Source: Tetramitus jugosus
Taxonomy: Eukaryota; Protista; Heterolobosea
Length of the DNA stretch: 64,000 bases
Direction: 5' to 3'
NCBI GenBank assembly: GCA_937625935.1
Contig: OW569346.1
Location: 248,001 to 312,000 of the forward strand
Program-made: the position numbers and the translations under genes
Notes under the pieces: model-generated
The model's database searches: none
Told to the model about the DNA's origin: nothing
The model's input: only the letters and a program-made list of their open reading frames with translations
Shown: positions 23,397 through 33,714 of the stretch, piece after piece
Layout: the number at the start of each line of letters is the position of its first letter
Position numbering within the stretch: the first letter of the stretch is position 1

Positions 23397-23684
23397 AGAC
23401 CATCATAACACAATCACAACAAATCACCGAATACAACAGTGAAACTAGTTCGTTTCTGCTGATATCTCGGTTGAAGGTTCATGGCAAGAGATTTCTCTGG
23501 GAGGGGATCCCAAAAACAAATCTTCCCGAAACGTGTTTGGCCACAAAAAGCGCGAATTCACACGATTTCTGAGAATCTGCGCTGTGAGAAGTCACAACAG
23601 TAACAAAAGCACTCACAACACCCAACAACAACAACAATATATCTTCATCACCATCATCAACAAGAAGAAGAAACAACATAAAAC

Positions 23685-26600
23685 ATGTCCATTCTTCAAA
23701 GTGATGTCTTTCAATCCATCAACAAGCGATACTTGAACATTATTTATAACAGATGGTACAATCTCATCAGTTTTCTACTTCTACTGTGCATGCTCGTCAT
23801 CACCATCATTTGCTTCTTTATTGATTTTTATTTGCACTATCAACTGTTGTTCCTGTGCAGAAAAGCTCTCTTTAGCTTCTTGACTGTTACGATATTCATT
23901 GTTGTGGCGTTCTGTGCTTTTCACATGTCACGTATCGTCATCATGTTCAAGCACAGAGCCGCACAGAATCCAAACTCTCAATCGAGACTTCGATGGTTCA
24001 CCAATCATGGTGGTGCATCAGCAACCAATGGCGCTGTTCAAGAGGATGAAGATCACGAAGAGCTCAATGCCTTTTCTGAGAATAGCTACGACAGTGAACA
24101 AGAGGAAGAGGAGAATGAAGACCCTGACAAGGTGCTCGAAAAAACGTACATGGTTTTGGAGGGAAAACACGATGTGGTGCGCGCCGTGATTTTTATCGCT
24201 CAAATCTTGTTCATTTTGCTTTCAGTGGGATTGTGCTTGGCGCTCTTGCTCTTTACCATTATTGTTGTGCCAAGACAGCAAAAGACACTGCCTCAATACG
24301 AGGGAACAATCAAGTTGTCCAACAGTGATCAACTGTCGAATGTTAAGCTTGAGAGAGAATCAAGTGGAATGATTCACATTGTGGCTCAATCGGATTATGA
24401 AGCATTCTTTGGACAAGGTGTTGCTCATGCTCAAGATAGACTCTTCCAGTTGGAGTTTAATAAGCGTGTGGCTGCTGGAACAGTGTCTGAGATTTTGGGA
24501 TCAAAGACTCTCGATTTGGATCGAGTGGCAAGAACCATTGGTTTTCACAGAGCTGCACAGAGAGATTTATTGATTACACCAAATGAGACACTGACTCGTA
24601 TTCAGGCCTATTGTGACGGTATCAATCGATATATTGAATCGAATCCGCATATGCCACCTACGTTTGGGCTGTTGAAGATTTCACCTTCCTTGTGGGAACC
24701 TGTTGATGCATTGGCCACATTCAAGTACATTAGTTGGACCATGTCAGCGAATCACAATAGAGAAATTTTGAGATACAAGTTGTTGCAGAGTGGTCTTTCT
24801 CTGGAGAGATTGGAACAATTGTTGCCGCACTATGATCCTACACGATACCCTACCATTTTGACAATGAATGACTTGGGATTGAATTTGACTGCTCAAGAAA
24901 TTAATGAAATTGAGGAATCAAAGACTGATAACAGTGGATATTATCATCCATTGAAGTCCAATTCGAGAAGTACTGGAAGAACTGTGCATTACACACCAGA
25001 AGAATTGAGTTCGTTCACTGCTTTTGAACAATACTTTGGAACGCATCCATTCTCTAGTCAAGGATCCAACAATTGGGTCGTGTCAGGCAATCATACCCAG
25101 AGCGGAAAGCCAATGCTGGCTAGTGATCCGCACTTGAAGCTTAGCGCACCTAATATTTGGTACTTGAATCACATTCAGAGCGATGATTTGGATGTGATTG
25201 GAGCATCGTTTGTCGGTGTTCCTGGTGTGATCATTGGAAGAAACAAACACATATCATGGGGTATAACAAACTCGTATGCCGATGCACAGGACATTTATGC
25301 ATTACAAATGAACCCTAATAACACCTACACAACTAAGGGTCGAGCGTACGAATTAGTGGAACGAACAGAGAAAATTCGTGTGAAGGGAGGCTCAAGTGTA
25401 GAACTAAAGGTTCAAGACAGTATCTATGGACCAATCATTAATGATTTGTATGGTGTTAAGGATAGTGCGCCATTGGCTCTCTATTGGACTGCTCTACAAT
25501 TCGATGATGCCACTGTTGATTCCTATCACCAGTTGAATTATGCAACTGATTTTGAGCAGTTTAATGATGCTTTGAAAAAGTATGTCGCTCCATCCATGAA
25601 CTTTGTCTATGCAGACAATGAGGGAAATATAGCCTACCGTCTTGCTGGAAAAATTCCTCAAAGAAGAAGAGGACATAGTGGAAGATATGTTGTGCCAGGT
25701 ACTGGCGTGTACGACCATGACAGTGGTGATATTCCATTCGATAAAATGCCAGCCGCTCTCAACCCAGAGCGAGGATATTTTGCAACAGCAAACAACAGAA
25801 TCGCTCCACCTGGTTACAAGTATACACTCACTCAGGATTATTTCAGATCATGGCGTGCCTTGCGTATTCAAGAACTCATCCAATCTTACTTCACAAAGCA
25901 AGAATTGATGAACTGGGAGAGTATGAAAGCTATGCAAATGGATGTCAAGTCCTATGTTTTCGAAGACTTTAGAGCCGTATTCCAGAATATGAGTTTCCCT
26001 GAGGATAATGATATGGATTCTTGGAGAGTAAGAATGGTGAATTGGAACGGTGTCGAAAAGGTAGACACTCAGGAGCCTGCACTCTTCGAAGGTTGGTTGC
26101 AAAGAGTCTCAATGTTGGTGTATGATGAGACGGGCATGATATGGAAAGACCCATATTTCCTTCATAATGCCTTTGCAACGGAAGACTACGCATGCTCTCG
26201 ATATTTTAATTTGACTTGCACGGAGTATGCGGAAAAAATGTTAGTGGAAACTATCACCAGCTTTAGACAACAATATGGTAAAGTGCCAGCATGGGGAGTC
26301 GAAGCCCACACTGCACATTTTTCTCATGACGCCTTAGATGGTACTGCATTCAAGTGTATGGTGAGTCGTGATGTTTTGAGTGCAGGAGGATCAGGTACGA
26401 TTAATACTGCCGAAGTGTCAGATAGCAATCTAGTGACGACAGTAGGTGTAACTTATAGACAAATTATTGACATGACTAACGAATCAGATCAACATGCCCG
26501 AAGAGTGTTGGAAGGTGAAGAGACAGAATCTAGCGACAAGTTCATAATACCTATGGGTCAAAGTGGTAACTATTTCTCACCCTTCTACCAAAATTTGTTG

Positions 26601-26690
26601 CCGTTATGGTACAGCGGTACCTATTTGGATATGAAAATGGATAACTTTGAATCCAAGTTCAAACTAAATATCAAGGCGAACAATAAGTAA
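23685..26690 (+). CDS. Penicillin acylase family (peptidase S45, Ntn-hydrolase) with N-terminal TM helices
   Basis: AHAQDRLFQ, GSNNWVVSG, ASDPHL, NFVYAD, ANNR, GQSGNYFSPFY. Confidence 0.92.
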   Translation: MSILQSDVFQSINKRYLNIIYNRWYNLISFLLLLCMLVITIICFFIDFYLHYQLLFLCRKALFSFLTVTIFIVVAFCAFHMSRIVIMFKHRAAQNPNSQSRLRWFTNHGGASATNGAVQEDEDHEELNAFSENSYDSEQEEEENEDPDKVLEKTYMVLEGKHDVVRAVIFIAQILFILLSVGLCLALLLFTIIVVPRQQKTLPQYEGTIKLSNSDQLSNVKLERESSGMIHIVAQSDYEAFFGQGVAHAQDRLFQLEFNKRVAAGTVSEILGSKTLDLDRVARTIGFHRAAQRDLLITPNETLTRIQAYCDGINRYIESNPHMPPTFGLLKISPSLWEPVDALATFKYISWTMSANHNREILRYKLLQSGLSLERLEQLLPHYDPTRYPTILTMNDLGLNLTAQEINEIEESKTDNSGYYHPLKSNSRSTGRTVHYTPEELSSFTAFEQYFGTHPFSSQGSNNWVVSGNHTQSGKPMLASDPHLKLSAPNIWYLNHIQSDDLDVIGASFVGVPGVIIGRNKHISWGITNSYADAQDIYALQMNPNNTYTTKGRAYELVERTEKIRVKGGSSVELKVQDSIYGPIINDLYGVKDSAPLALYWTALQFDDATVDSYHQLNYATDFEQFNDALKKYVAPSMNFVYADNEGNIAYRLAGKIPQRRRGHSGRYVVPGTGVYDHDSGDIPFDKMPAALNPERGYFATANNRIAPPGYKYTLTQDYFRSWRALRIQELIQSYFTKQELMNWESMKAMQMDVKSYVFEDFRAVFQNMSFPEDNDMDSWRVRMVNWNGVEKVDTQEPALFEGWLQRVSMLVYDETGMIWKDPYFLHNAFATEDYACSRYFNLTCTEYAEKMLVETITSFRQQYGKVPAWGVEAHTAHFSHDALDGTAFKCMVSRDVLSAGGSGTINTAEVSDSNLVTTVGVTYRQIIDMTNESDQHARRVLEGEETESSDKFIIPMGQSGNYFSPFYQNLLPLWYSGTYLDMKMDNFESKFKLNIKANNK

Positions 26691-26754
26691 ACTTGTCAAA
26701 ATCCATGCAAATAAAACTTTGTGAAAACTATCTCGAGACTTGGCTAGTGCTTAT

Positions 26755-28065
26755 TTATTGATTTCGAGCTTTGAGAGCACCGAGCAAGTTTGCTCTCCCA
26801 GTTGGGATGCTCGTTCTGTTTGCTACGACTGGACGATCCTGAACCTCGATACGCTGTCTAAAATCGCTAAGTAGTCCCAACTTAACTTCACTTGATAGGT
26901 TGTGCAAAGAATTTACCTTCTCCTCCATTGCGGCATAAAAGTGCTCCACGCTCTTGTCGAATTCGGACATTGCTCTGAACATGGTAGGACAAGGATCAAT
27001 CCTCCTTCTCAAAGGTTGATATTGAGATTCTAAGAAGTGTAGAAGTTCTTGAGCCTCTTCATACTGAGGAGATTTCTCAGTTCTTTGTTCGTTATTATTC
27101 TTGTTACTATTGTACACTTGCACTATTTCCTCTGAGTACACAAAGATTAGATCTTTGAACACAATCTTTTGTCTCCATGCTTCAGGTATAGCATCATTGC
27201 CATAAAATGCTCCTGCGAGCATACCATATATACAACCAGCAGTGTCTGCATCGTCGCCCAGGTTGACAATCTTTAGAGCACCATCCTCAAAGCTATCAGA
27301 GTGATAAAAGGCCCACAGGGCTGCTTCCATCGTCTTCACAACATATGCACTATTGCAAATATCAGGTGGATTGCTTTTTTGATAAGAACAATTCGCTACA
27401 ATATCCAATACCTCGCTTCTCAATGGATTCACTGTCCAATAGTCTTTGTCGAGTCCTGGTGGTACATAGAGTTCAGTCGAAGATAAGAGCATTTCCCTAC
27501 TCTCTCCCAAGACAGCACCAATGATAAGTGCCGCATAATATCGACAACAGTCTCTTGAAATCTCCGATGGGTGAGTTGTCATTGAAGATTGGCCACTAAG
27601 CTCAATTGCCCTCGTCACATCACCACTCATGTAATACAGTGGAACTGGTGCCAATCTCATGAGTCCACCATTTCCCGATGCCGCATCTGAGATCTTATCG
27701 GAAAATTCACGATTCTCCTTCCTGTTATCCAACAGGTTCAATCTCGTGGTCTTTCCAATGTCAAAACACACACCATTGCTCGACAAATGACCATTGGAAT
27801 ACCATTCATAGTACCTTGCTTGCTGATCCCTTCCATCAAAGGATCCCTTTAGCTCTAAAAGCGATTCACAAAGACATAGCATCATACTTGTGTCATCCGT
27901 CCACATTCCAGCCTCTAACTTGAACTTTCCCTGACCTACGAGGTCCTTGATTGGATTCTCCATGGCACAGTGCATGGGAACGAATTCTTGAGTCGTACCG
28001 AGAGCATCTCCGACGGCAGATCCCATGAGACAACCGAGAATCTTGTTTTTCAGATCGTGAGACAT
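26755..28065 (-). CDS. ADP-ribosylglycohydrolase
   Basis: GDALG, WTDDTSM, GNGGLMRLAP, TH, GDDADT. Confidence 0.92.
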   Translation of the reverse strand: MSHDLKNKILGCLMGSAVGDALGTTQEFVPMHCAMENPIKDLVGQGKFKLEAGMWTDDTSMMLCLCESLLELKGSFDGRDQQARYYEWYSNGHLSSNGVCFDIGKTTRLNLLDNRKENREFSDKISDAASGNGGLMRLAPVPLYYMSGDVTRAIELSGQSSMTTHPSEISRDCCRYYAALIIGAVLGESREMLLSSTELYVPPGLDKDYWTVNPLRSEVLDIVANCSYQKSNPPDICNSAYVVKTMEAALWAFYHSDSFEDGALKIVNLGDDADTAGCIYGMLAGAFYGNDAIPEAWRQKIVFKDLIFVYSEEIVQVYNSNKNNNEQRTEKSPQYEEAQELLHFLESQYQPLRRRIDPCPTMFRAMSEFDKSVEHFYAAMEEKVNSLHNLSSEVKLGLLSDFRQRIEVQDRPVVANRTSIPTGRANLLGALKARNQ

Positions 28066-28294
28066 TGTATGAACGATTGTTGTGCGGTTGGTTTTGGTAT
28101 TGTTTTGAACGTTTGGGAACTTAGTTGCGAATATGGCTTGACATGTTCGGGTCGGAGTTCTCATCCAGCGGAAAAACGACGATAGCCGCCAAAATCAATT
28201 CAGTTTTTTTATAACGGTAACAAATTTAAAATTTCAATGAGCGGACAGAAAGAAAAATTGAGAGCAAACACCAAGTTGACTTTCATTAACAATC

Positions 28295-29071
28295 ATGAGC
28301 GAGAATCTGTTGCCCACATCTGCTTTCGGGGCTCCATTGTCTGTCATGCCCCAACAACAGTCCAACCTTATCCTCAACAATGAAAATGCTCTCTTGTCTT
28401 CCAAATTGAACAATGGAAGTAGTAGCAATGGAACTGGTGGTCTCTCTGCATCTGTCATTAAACCACAACAACAACAACAACATCAACCATTGCAACAGAA
28501 TCGAAGAGTTCTATCTGATTTGAAACAACAGCAACTACAACAACAAAAGCCAACACCAAGTCGCAAGAGACCGAGGTCACAACCAGGTCCAAAGAGTAGC
28601 AACAAGAAGAAAACTTCTTTTGCAATCTACAGTGATCCAACGGCAACATCCAGTGCACCATCGTCGGCGTCAATGATCAGTTTTCATTCACGAAATGGCT
28701 CCGAGTTTGACTACGAAGAAGAACCGGATCGATTCCACAAGTCTGCTGAACCAATCCCTGACCCACCTGTCACTTGCAGTTACTGGGATGAGGAACAACA
28801 ACGGTACGTAACAGATGTGCACTATCAAATTCAGCCATCAAGCATCATTCCCTCTGTTGTTCAAGATTTGTGCCCTCAACCAAAACGACGTAAGTCATTC
28901 AATAAGAGCGAGCCTATTCAACTAATGATGGCAGAACCGATGCCATTGTTGTTGGACGATCATTCTCCAATTGATGGATCATCTGTCTGTTTAGAGGATA
29001 TTCAAGAATTTGCCAATGTCGCGGCTGGTATGGATTGTATTATATCAGAATTCGACTGGGACAACTTGTAA
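28295..29071 (+). CDS. Disordered protein with D-box and ABBA motif (securin/APC-C-regulator-like)
   Basis: RRVLSDL and FAIYSD motifs; AATAAA directly after the stop. Confidence 0.6.
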   Translation: MSENLLPTSAFGAPLSVMPQQQSNLILNNENALLSSKLNNGSSSNGTGGLSASVIKPQQQQQHQPLQQNRRVLSDLKQQQLQQQKPTPSRKRPRSQPGPKSSNKKKTSFAIYSDPTATSSAPSSASMISFHSRNGSEFDYEEEPDRFHKSAEPIPDPPVTCSYWDEEQQRYVTDVHYQIQPSSIIPSVVQDLCPQPKRRKSFNKSEPIQLMMAEPMPLLLDDHSPIDGSSVCLEDIQEFANVAAGMDCIISEFDWDNL

Positions 29072-29105
29072 AATAAAAACACCTATCGACACCTCAAGCA
29101 CTGAT

Positions 29106-30809
29106 TTATTGAGAATTCAACAAGTCAAGTGACCTACGCATCCTTGAGATCACTTTGTCCTTTCCCAACAATTCTAATGTTTGAGCTATAGATGCACCAA
29201 CCTTCTCTCCAGTGCAGGATATACGAATGAATGTAACAATATCCTTGTAGTTCACCTTTTGTTTCATTTGTTGTTTCATGGCATTTAGGATTGCATTGAT
29301 TTGCTCGACATTGAATTCGGAGAGTGACTCAAATTGATTGATTAATTCTTGACTCACTTGCTTTTGCAAGTCATTGTCAAAAGTTTGACTCAGTGCGTCC
29401 CTGCTCGTTACAATCGAGTTTGCAGTATTATCAACAAATTTAAGATCTGAGAAGAAATACCAGCAGAGTTCTCCAAATCTTTGCATATTTCCCAAACGAT
29501 CACCAACCAATGTCAAAACCTTTTGCAAAAATTCCTTGTTCGTCGAATTCTGCACTCTTTGATACTCTTCTGGTGAAAGGAATTGCTCCAAAGAGCTTAA
29601 AGCGAGCTGCTGTGCTTGTTCTGGATGCTCCACAACCAATTTCTTTGTAAATTGTGCATTGATCCAGTTCAATTTCTGCATATTGACACATGAATTTCCC
29701 TTGTTCACTTGCTCCAATGAAAAGTCCTGGATCAATTCTGATATACTCCAAAGATCCTTATCAGATCCCTGACCCTTGTTCCATCCTAAGAGCGCCACAA
29801 AGTTAATCAATGCCTCTCTCAAAATTCCATTGTTTCGGTACCAGTCGATACTTGCATGATCCTTTCTCTTGCTTAGCTTAGCACCTGTTTCATCCACAAG
29901 CAGAGGCAAATGAGCAAAAACAGGCCTTTCCTGATCAGGAAACAACATGTCATACAGAATCACATGCTTTGGTGTCGAGCTCAACCATTCAACACCACGA
30001 ATCACATGAGACACCTTCATTTCAAAATCATCCACAACATTGGCCAAGTGATACGTTGGATGACCATCACTCTTCAACAAGATTTGATCATCCAACAACG
30101 CATTCTCAAATTTCATACTACCAAAGATGACATCATCCACCACCGTATACAGTTTCTCTGTTGGACTGGTTGGAATTTTCATTCGCACCGTAAATGGTGC
30201 ATTCTCACTCTCCAACCGTTCAATTTCCTCTTGTGAGAGAGACAGGCAATGTCGATCGTACTTTTGTCCCTTGTCTCTCAACCAAGCCAATCTCTCTTCC
30301 TTGCAGTAACACTTGTAAGCATGCCCATTCTTGATCATTTCATGAGCATGCTTGTGATAAATGGATGTTCTCTGTGATTGGACCTCAAACTGATCAAATT
30401 CCAATCCTGCCCACTGTAGTGTATCCTTGATTTGCTCGACGGATCCTGGTACGAGTCTCTTTTGATCCGTGTCTTCAATACGCAACAGAAAAGTACCTCC
30501 TTTTTGACGAGCCAATAAATAGTTGTAGAGAGCTGTGCGCAAAGCTCCAAGGTGCATAAATCCAGTAGGACTGGGAGCAAAGCGAGTCACTACTTGGGTG
30601 CGATGCTTGGGTTTGCCGATCGCCTCCTTGCTAGTCTCCTGTGCTGCCGCTGTAGTGGAGTAATCATTTTTGGCGCCAAAATAAATACTGCGAAAAGGAT
30701 CGTTTGTGGTGTGGAGGAGTGAAGAGAAGGTGGTGCAGCAGGCACTAGAGGGCACGCGTGGAGAGGCCTTTGACAGTTTTGCTGTGGTTCGTCGAGCAAG
30801 CAATTTCAT
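29106..30809 (-). CDS. EARS2: Mitochondrial glutamyl-tRNA synthetase
   Basis: RFAPSPTGFMHLG, LRIEDTD, KLSKR; presequence-like N-terminus. Confidence 0.92.
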   Translation of the reverse strand: MKLLARRTTAKLSKASPRVPSSACCTTFSSLLHTTNDPFRSIYFGAKNDYSTTAAAQETSKEAIGKPKHRTQVVTRFAPSPTGFMHLGALRTALYNYLLARQKGGTFLLRIEDTDQKRLVPGSVEQIKDTLQWAGLEFDQFEVQSQRTSIYHKHAHEMIKNGHAYKCYCKEERLAWLRDKGQKYDRHCLSLSQEEIERLESENAPFTVRMKIPTSPTEKLYTVVDDVIFGSMKFENALLDDQILLKSDGHPTYHLANVVDDFEMKVSHVIRGVEWLSSTPKHVILYDMLFPDQERPVFAHLPLLVDETGAKLSKRKDHASIDWYRNNGILREALINFVALLGWNKGQGSDKDLWSISELIQDFSLEQVNKGNSCVNMQKLNWINAQFTKKLVVEHPEQAQQLALSSLEQFLSPEEYQRVQNSTNKEFLQKVLTLVGDRLGNMQRFGELCWYFFSDLKFVDNTANSIVTSRDALSQTFDNDLQKQVSQELINQFESLSEFNVEQINAILNAMKQQMKQKVNYKDIVTFIRISCTGEKVGASIAQTLELLGKDKVISRMRRSLDLLNSQ

Positions 30810-30893
30810 TCGTTTTGTTGTTTTTCGCTGAGGAGCGGAAGAATCTTCATTTCTCCTCCAAAAACCAAAAAATTCACACAGGGAAACAAAATC

Positions 30894-32348
30894 ATGCTTC
30901 AACATTCGACAAAATGCGTCCTTAGACGACAACCAATTCTATGCAGACCATCATCGTCAATTGTCTATCGATCATCTAGAGTGGCTATTTTATCTTCCAA
31001 CTTTTGTCCACCTGTAAATCTTCCAATTTTGGCGCGAACGCGAAACTACGCTTCCAACAATCCATTCGGCACGAGCCACGAGAACCGATACGAACAAAAT
31101 GAACAAGAACTTGTTGTTCCCCATCGCCTCCAGAATCAATTCTCCCGCGTCCTAGAGTCCATTCTCTCCGCAGTCAAGAGTAACTCCGATGTCGCTGAAA
31201 TACAATCAGATACAAAAAATCAGGAGCTACAGGATCACCTGCGAACGTTGAATCGAGTTCTACAGGAATTTCTCACGGAATTTTCAGAAGAAAGATATGT
31301 TTGGAGTGAAGCCCATCTTTTGCGCGCCTTTTTACTCATGAGACTACAGCGCTTCAGTGAAGCTGTGCCTGATATTGAGAAATGTGAGCGACACGATGTA
31401 AGCAACATGAACGTGAGATACATGAAAGCCAATTGTTTTGTAAACATGAACAAGCTCGATTTGGCCCTTTCAGAGTATAACACTTGTCTCTACGTCAAGA
31501 GTGATTATTGGAGCGCTCGTTTGGAACGTGCGAGACTTTACCGCCAAATGGCAGTCCAAGCTACACAGAGCTCTCCTGCCTATGAGGAAAACATGGTCCA
31601 TTCGATGCACGATTACCAGCTCATTATTGATCGGTATCAAGATCCTTCGTCAGACGAAGAGCGCGAACATATCAAGAGCGCGACAATGTCCGCTGTAGAA
31701 TCCATGACAACATTGACCAACGGCTCTCCAAAAGATCATGCTTTTATAGAGCTCGCATGGATCTACACGGTTCAAGGCCAATATCAAAAAGCTGTTCAGT
31801 GTTACAATGGTCTGCTGGAGATGTATCAGCAAAACAAGTCGACGACCAACAACACAACAAATCAGCAAACACGGTTGACTCACGAACTCACATGCTATGA
31901 GGGATTGGCTCTCATTTATGCTCAATTGCAAAAGCATGATCGTGCCATTCAATTTCTGAATGTTTTGTTGACTCATTACAAGAATGAGCATGCAAAGAAG
32001 AGTGGAGGCAGCGGAGACAGTGAGTCAGTGTTATTGTCCACTGTCAGTAATCTTTACATTAAGAGAGCAATCTCTTATGAAGCAATGAACCGATTCGATT
32101 TGGCCATTGCTGACTGCACAATGGTGATCAATCATCAGCAGCAGACAATACAGGCACAGGGCAGTCCAACTGCCCTTTATGCTGTTATTACACGAGCCAA
32201 GTGCTTTATGCAGATGCAGAATTTCAAGGCAGCTCTAAATGACCTGGAAACGGTGTCAAGTGGTTTCTCGGCACTGATTGATCCAGATCTGGCATCTGAG
32301 CTGAATCAGATGAAACAAGTGTGTCGCCACTCAATGAGAAACAATTGA
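30894..32348 (+). CDS. TPR-repeat protein, probably mitochondrial
   Basis: TPR-like helices; R/S-rich N-terminus. Confidence 0.75.
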   Translation: MLQHSTKCVLRRQPILCRPSSSIVYRSSRVAILSSNFCPPVNLPILARTRNYASNNPFGTSHENRYEQNEQELVVPHRLQNQFSRVLESILSAVKSNSDVAEIQSDTKNQELQDHLRTLNRVLQEFLTEFSEERYVWSEAHLLRAFLLMRLQRFSEAVPDIEKCERHDVSNMNVRYMKANCFVNMNKLDLALSEYNTCLYVKSDYWSARLERARLYRQMAVQATQSSPAYEENMVHSMHDYQLIIDRYQDPSSDEEREHIKSATMSAVESMTTLTNGSPKDHAFIELAWIYTVQGQYQKAVQCYNGLLEMYQQNKSTTNNTTNQQTRLTHELTCYEGLALIYAQLQKHDRAIQFLNVLLTHYKNEHAKKSGGSGDSESVLLSTVSNLYIKRAISYEAMNRFDLAIADCTMVINHQQQTIQAQGSPTALYAVITRAKCFMQMQNFKAALNDLETVSSGFSALIDPDLASELNQMKQVCRHSMRNN

Positions 32349-32441
32349 AAATAAAACAATGAGCAAGTTATTTTGAGAGTACAAAAATCAGCAGAGATAT
32401 CTCAAGAGATATAAGCTGAGTGGTCATCATGATGATTTAAT

Positions 32442-33431
32442 TTAGTGGGTTGGGATGTGGTCCAAGTCTGGAGTTCCAGTGTAAGCATCACCTTCGAATC
32501 CACACTCGTTGGAGCCCTTCTTGATCCAGAAGAAACCGTTCATTCCCCAGTCCTCACCCCAAGAGTTGGCAACAATCCAGTACTTGAGTCCAGTCTTGGA
32601 GTCAACACCATAACCAACAATCTTGACGGCGTGACCACCGAGGAAGGATCCAGTCACGTGTTGGTAGACACCAGAAGTGTATTGCAAAAAGTCTTGATAG
32701 ACAGAGAATCCAGTCTCAATAGAGTGACCAGCAATCAAAGAGTCTTCAATTGCCTTTTCTCTGTTCCAGAACTCAATAGTTGGAGAAACCTTGGTAAACT
32801 TCTTCATCTTGTACTTGACGTCAGTAATCTTGGTCTTTCCATCGACGCAATAGGTTGGGCAAGATTCAACAGTACCGTTTTGAGAAGTGTATGGCATGCA
32901 GGTGTCTGGGACGAGACCAGTGTGAGTCATGTATTCCCATGCAAGCATGAGTTGACCACCACCACAACCATTGTTGTACCAGTTGCAACTGACCATGTCT
33001 TGAGGAGAGAACACAACGTTGACCTTGCCTTGAGAAGCAATGCAAAAGTTGTCACTGAAAGCTTCACTTCCAGCAAATGCCCAACAACTGCCACAGTGAG
33101 CTTGGTTGCGGATTGGATGAATACAGTCAGGGTACTCTTGTCTCAAGTCAAATTCAGTTGGGTTGCCGTTGCTGTCTTGAGTGGATTGCTTTTGAGCAAT
33201 GATTTGCATTTGTTGCTCAGTGTAACGGGTGTAAGCAGGGGTGAATGCGCCCAACATTTGACGAACTTCATTCAAATTCATGGCAGCAAACTTGTTCAAG
33301 CCAGCCTTCCAGGTGGACTTTGGGTTGCTGTTGACAGCTCTCATGATGGATGGATCAAAAGCAGAATCAGCAGTGATAAATGCGGCAAAGACGGCCAAGA
33401 CGGCAGCGACGAGCAAGGTGGAAACTCTCAT
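32442..33431 (-). CDS. Cathepsin B-like cysteine protease (C1A)
   Basis: Signal peptide, QAHCGSCWAF, GGHAVKIVGYG, ANSWG. Confidence 0.95.
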   Translation of the reverse strand: MRVSTLLVAAVLAVFAAFITADSAFDPSIMRAVNSNPKSTWKAGLNKFAAMNLNEVRQMLGAFTPAYTRYTEQQMQIIAQKQSTQDSNGNPTEFDLRQEYPDCIHPIRNQAHCGSCWAFAGSEAFSDNFCIASQGKVNVVFSPQDMVSCNWYNNGCGGGQLMLAWEYMTHTGLVPDTCMPYTSQNGTVESCPTYCVDGKTKITDVKYKMKKFTKVSPTIEFWNREKAIEDSLIAGHSIETGFSVYQDFLQYTSGVYQHVTGSFLGGHAVKIVGYGVDSKTGLKYWIVANSWGEDWGMNGFFWIKKGSNECGFEGDAYTGTPDLDHIPTH

Positions 33432-33714
33432 TCTGATATGTGTTATTGGTTGGAAAAGACGTGTTTTTTTGTTGTTGTTTTTTTAACAAACACAATAAGC
33501 CATGGCTTATCAACACGTCGCAGAGGATGATGCTGGAATTACCCAACATACTCCGGAGTTTGTGTTGTAAACCAACGCACAAGGGGAGGAGAATCGAGGT
33601 TTTTCCAATGATACTCCGTGACGGAGAATGTCTTCTTGGCGCCCACATCTACGATGAATTTTGAAGTATGTTTATTAGAAAATATTCGGTGTGCGTACTG
33701 TTTACAAGAACAAT

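Noticed and set aside
32445-33530. 361-aa antisense ORF over cathepsin B (similarly over histone H3 and the Kelch gene)
   Set aside because: Shadow ORF from codon bias; no recognisable protein features.
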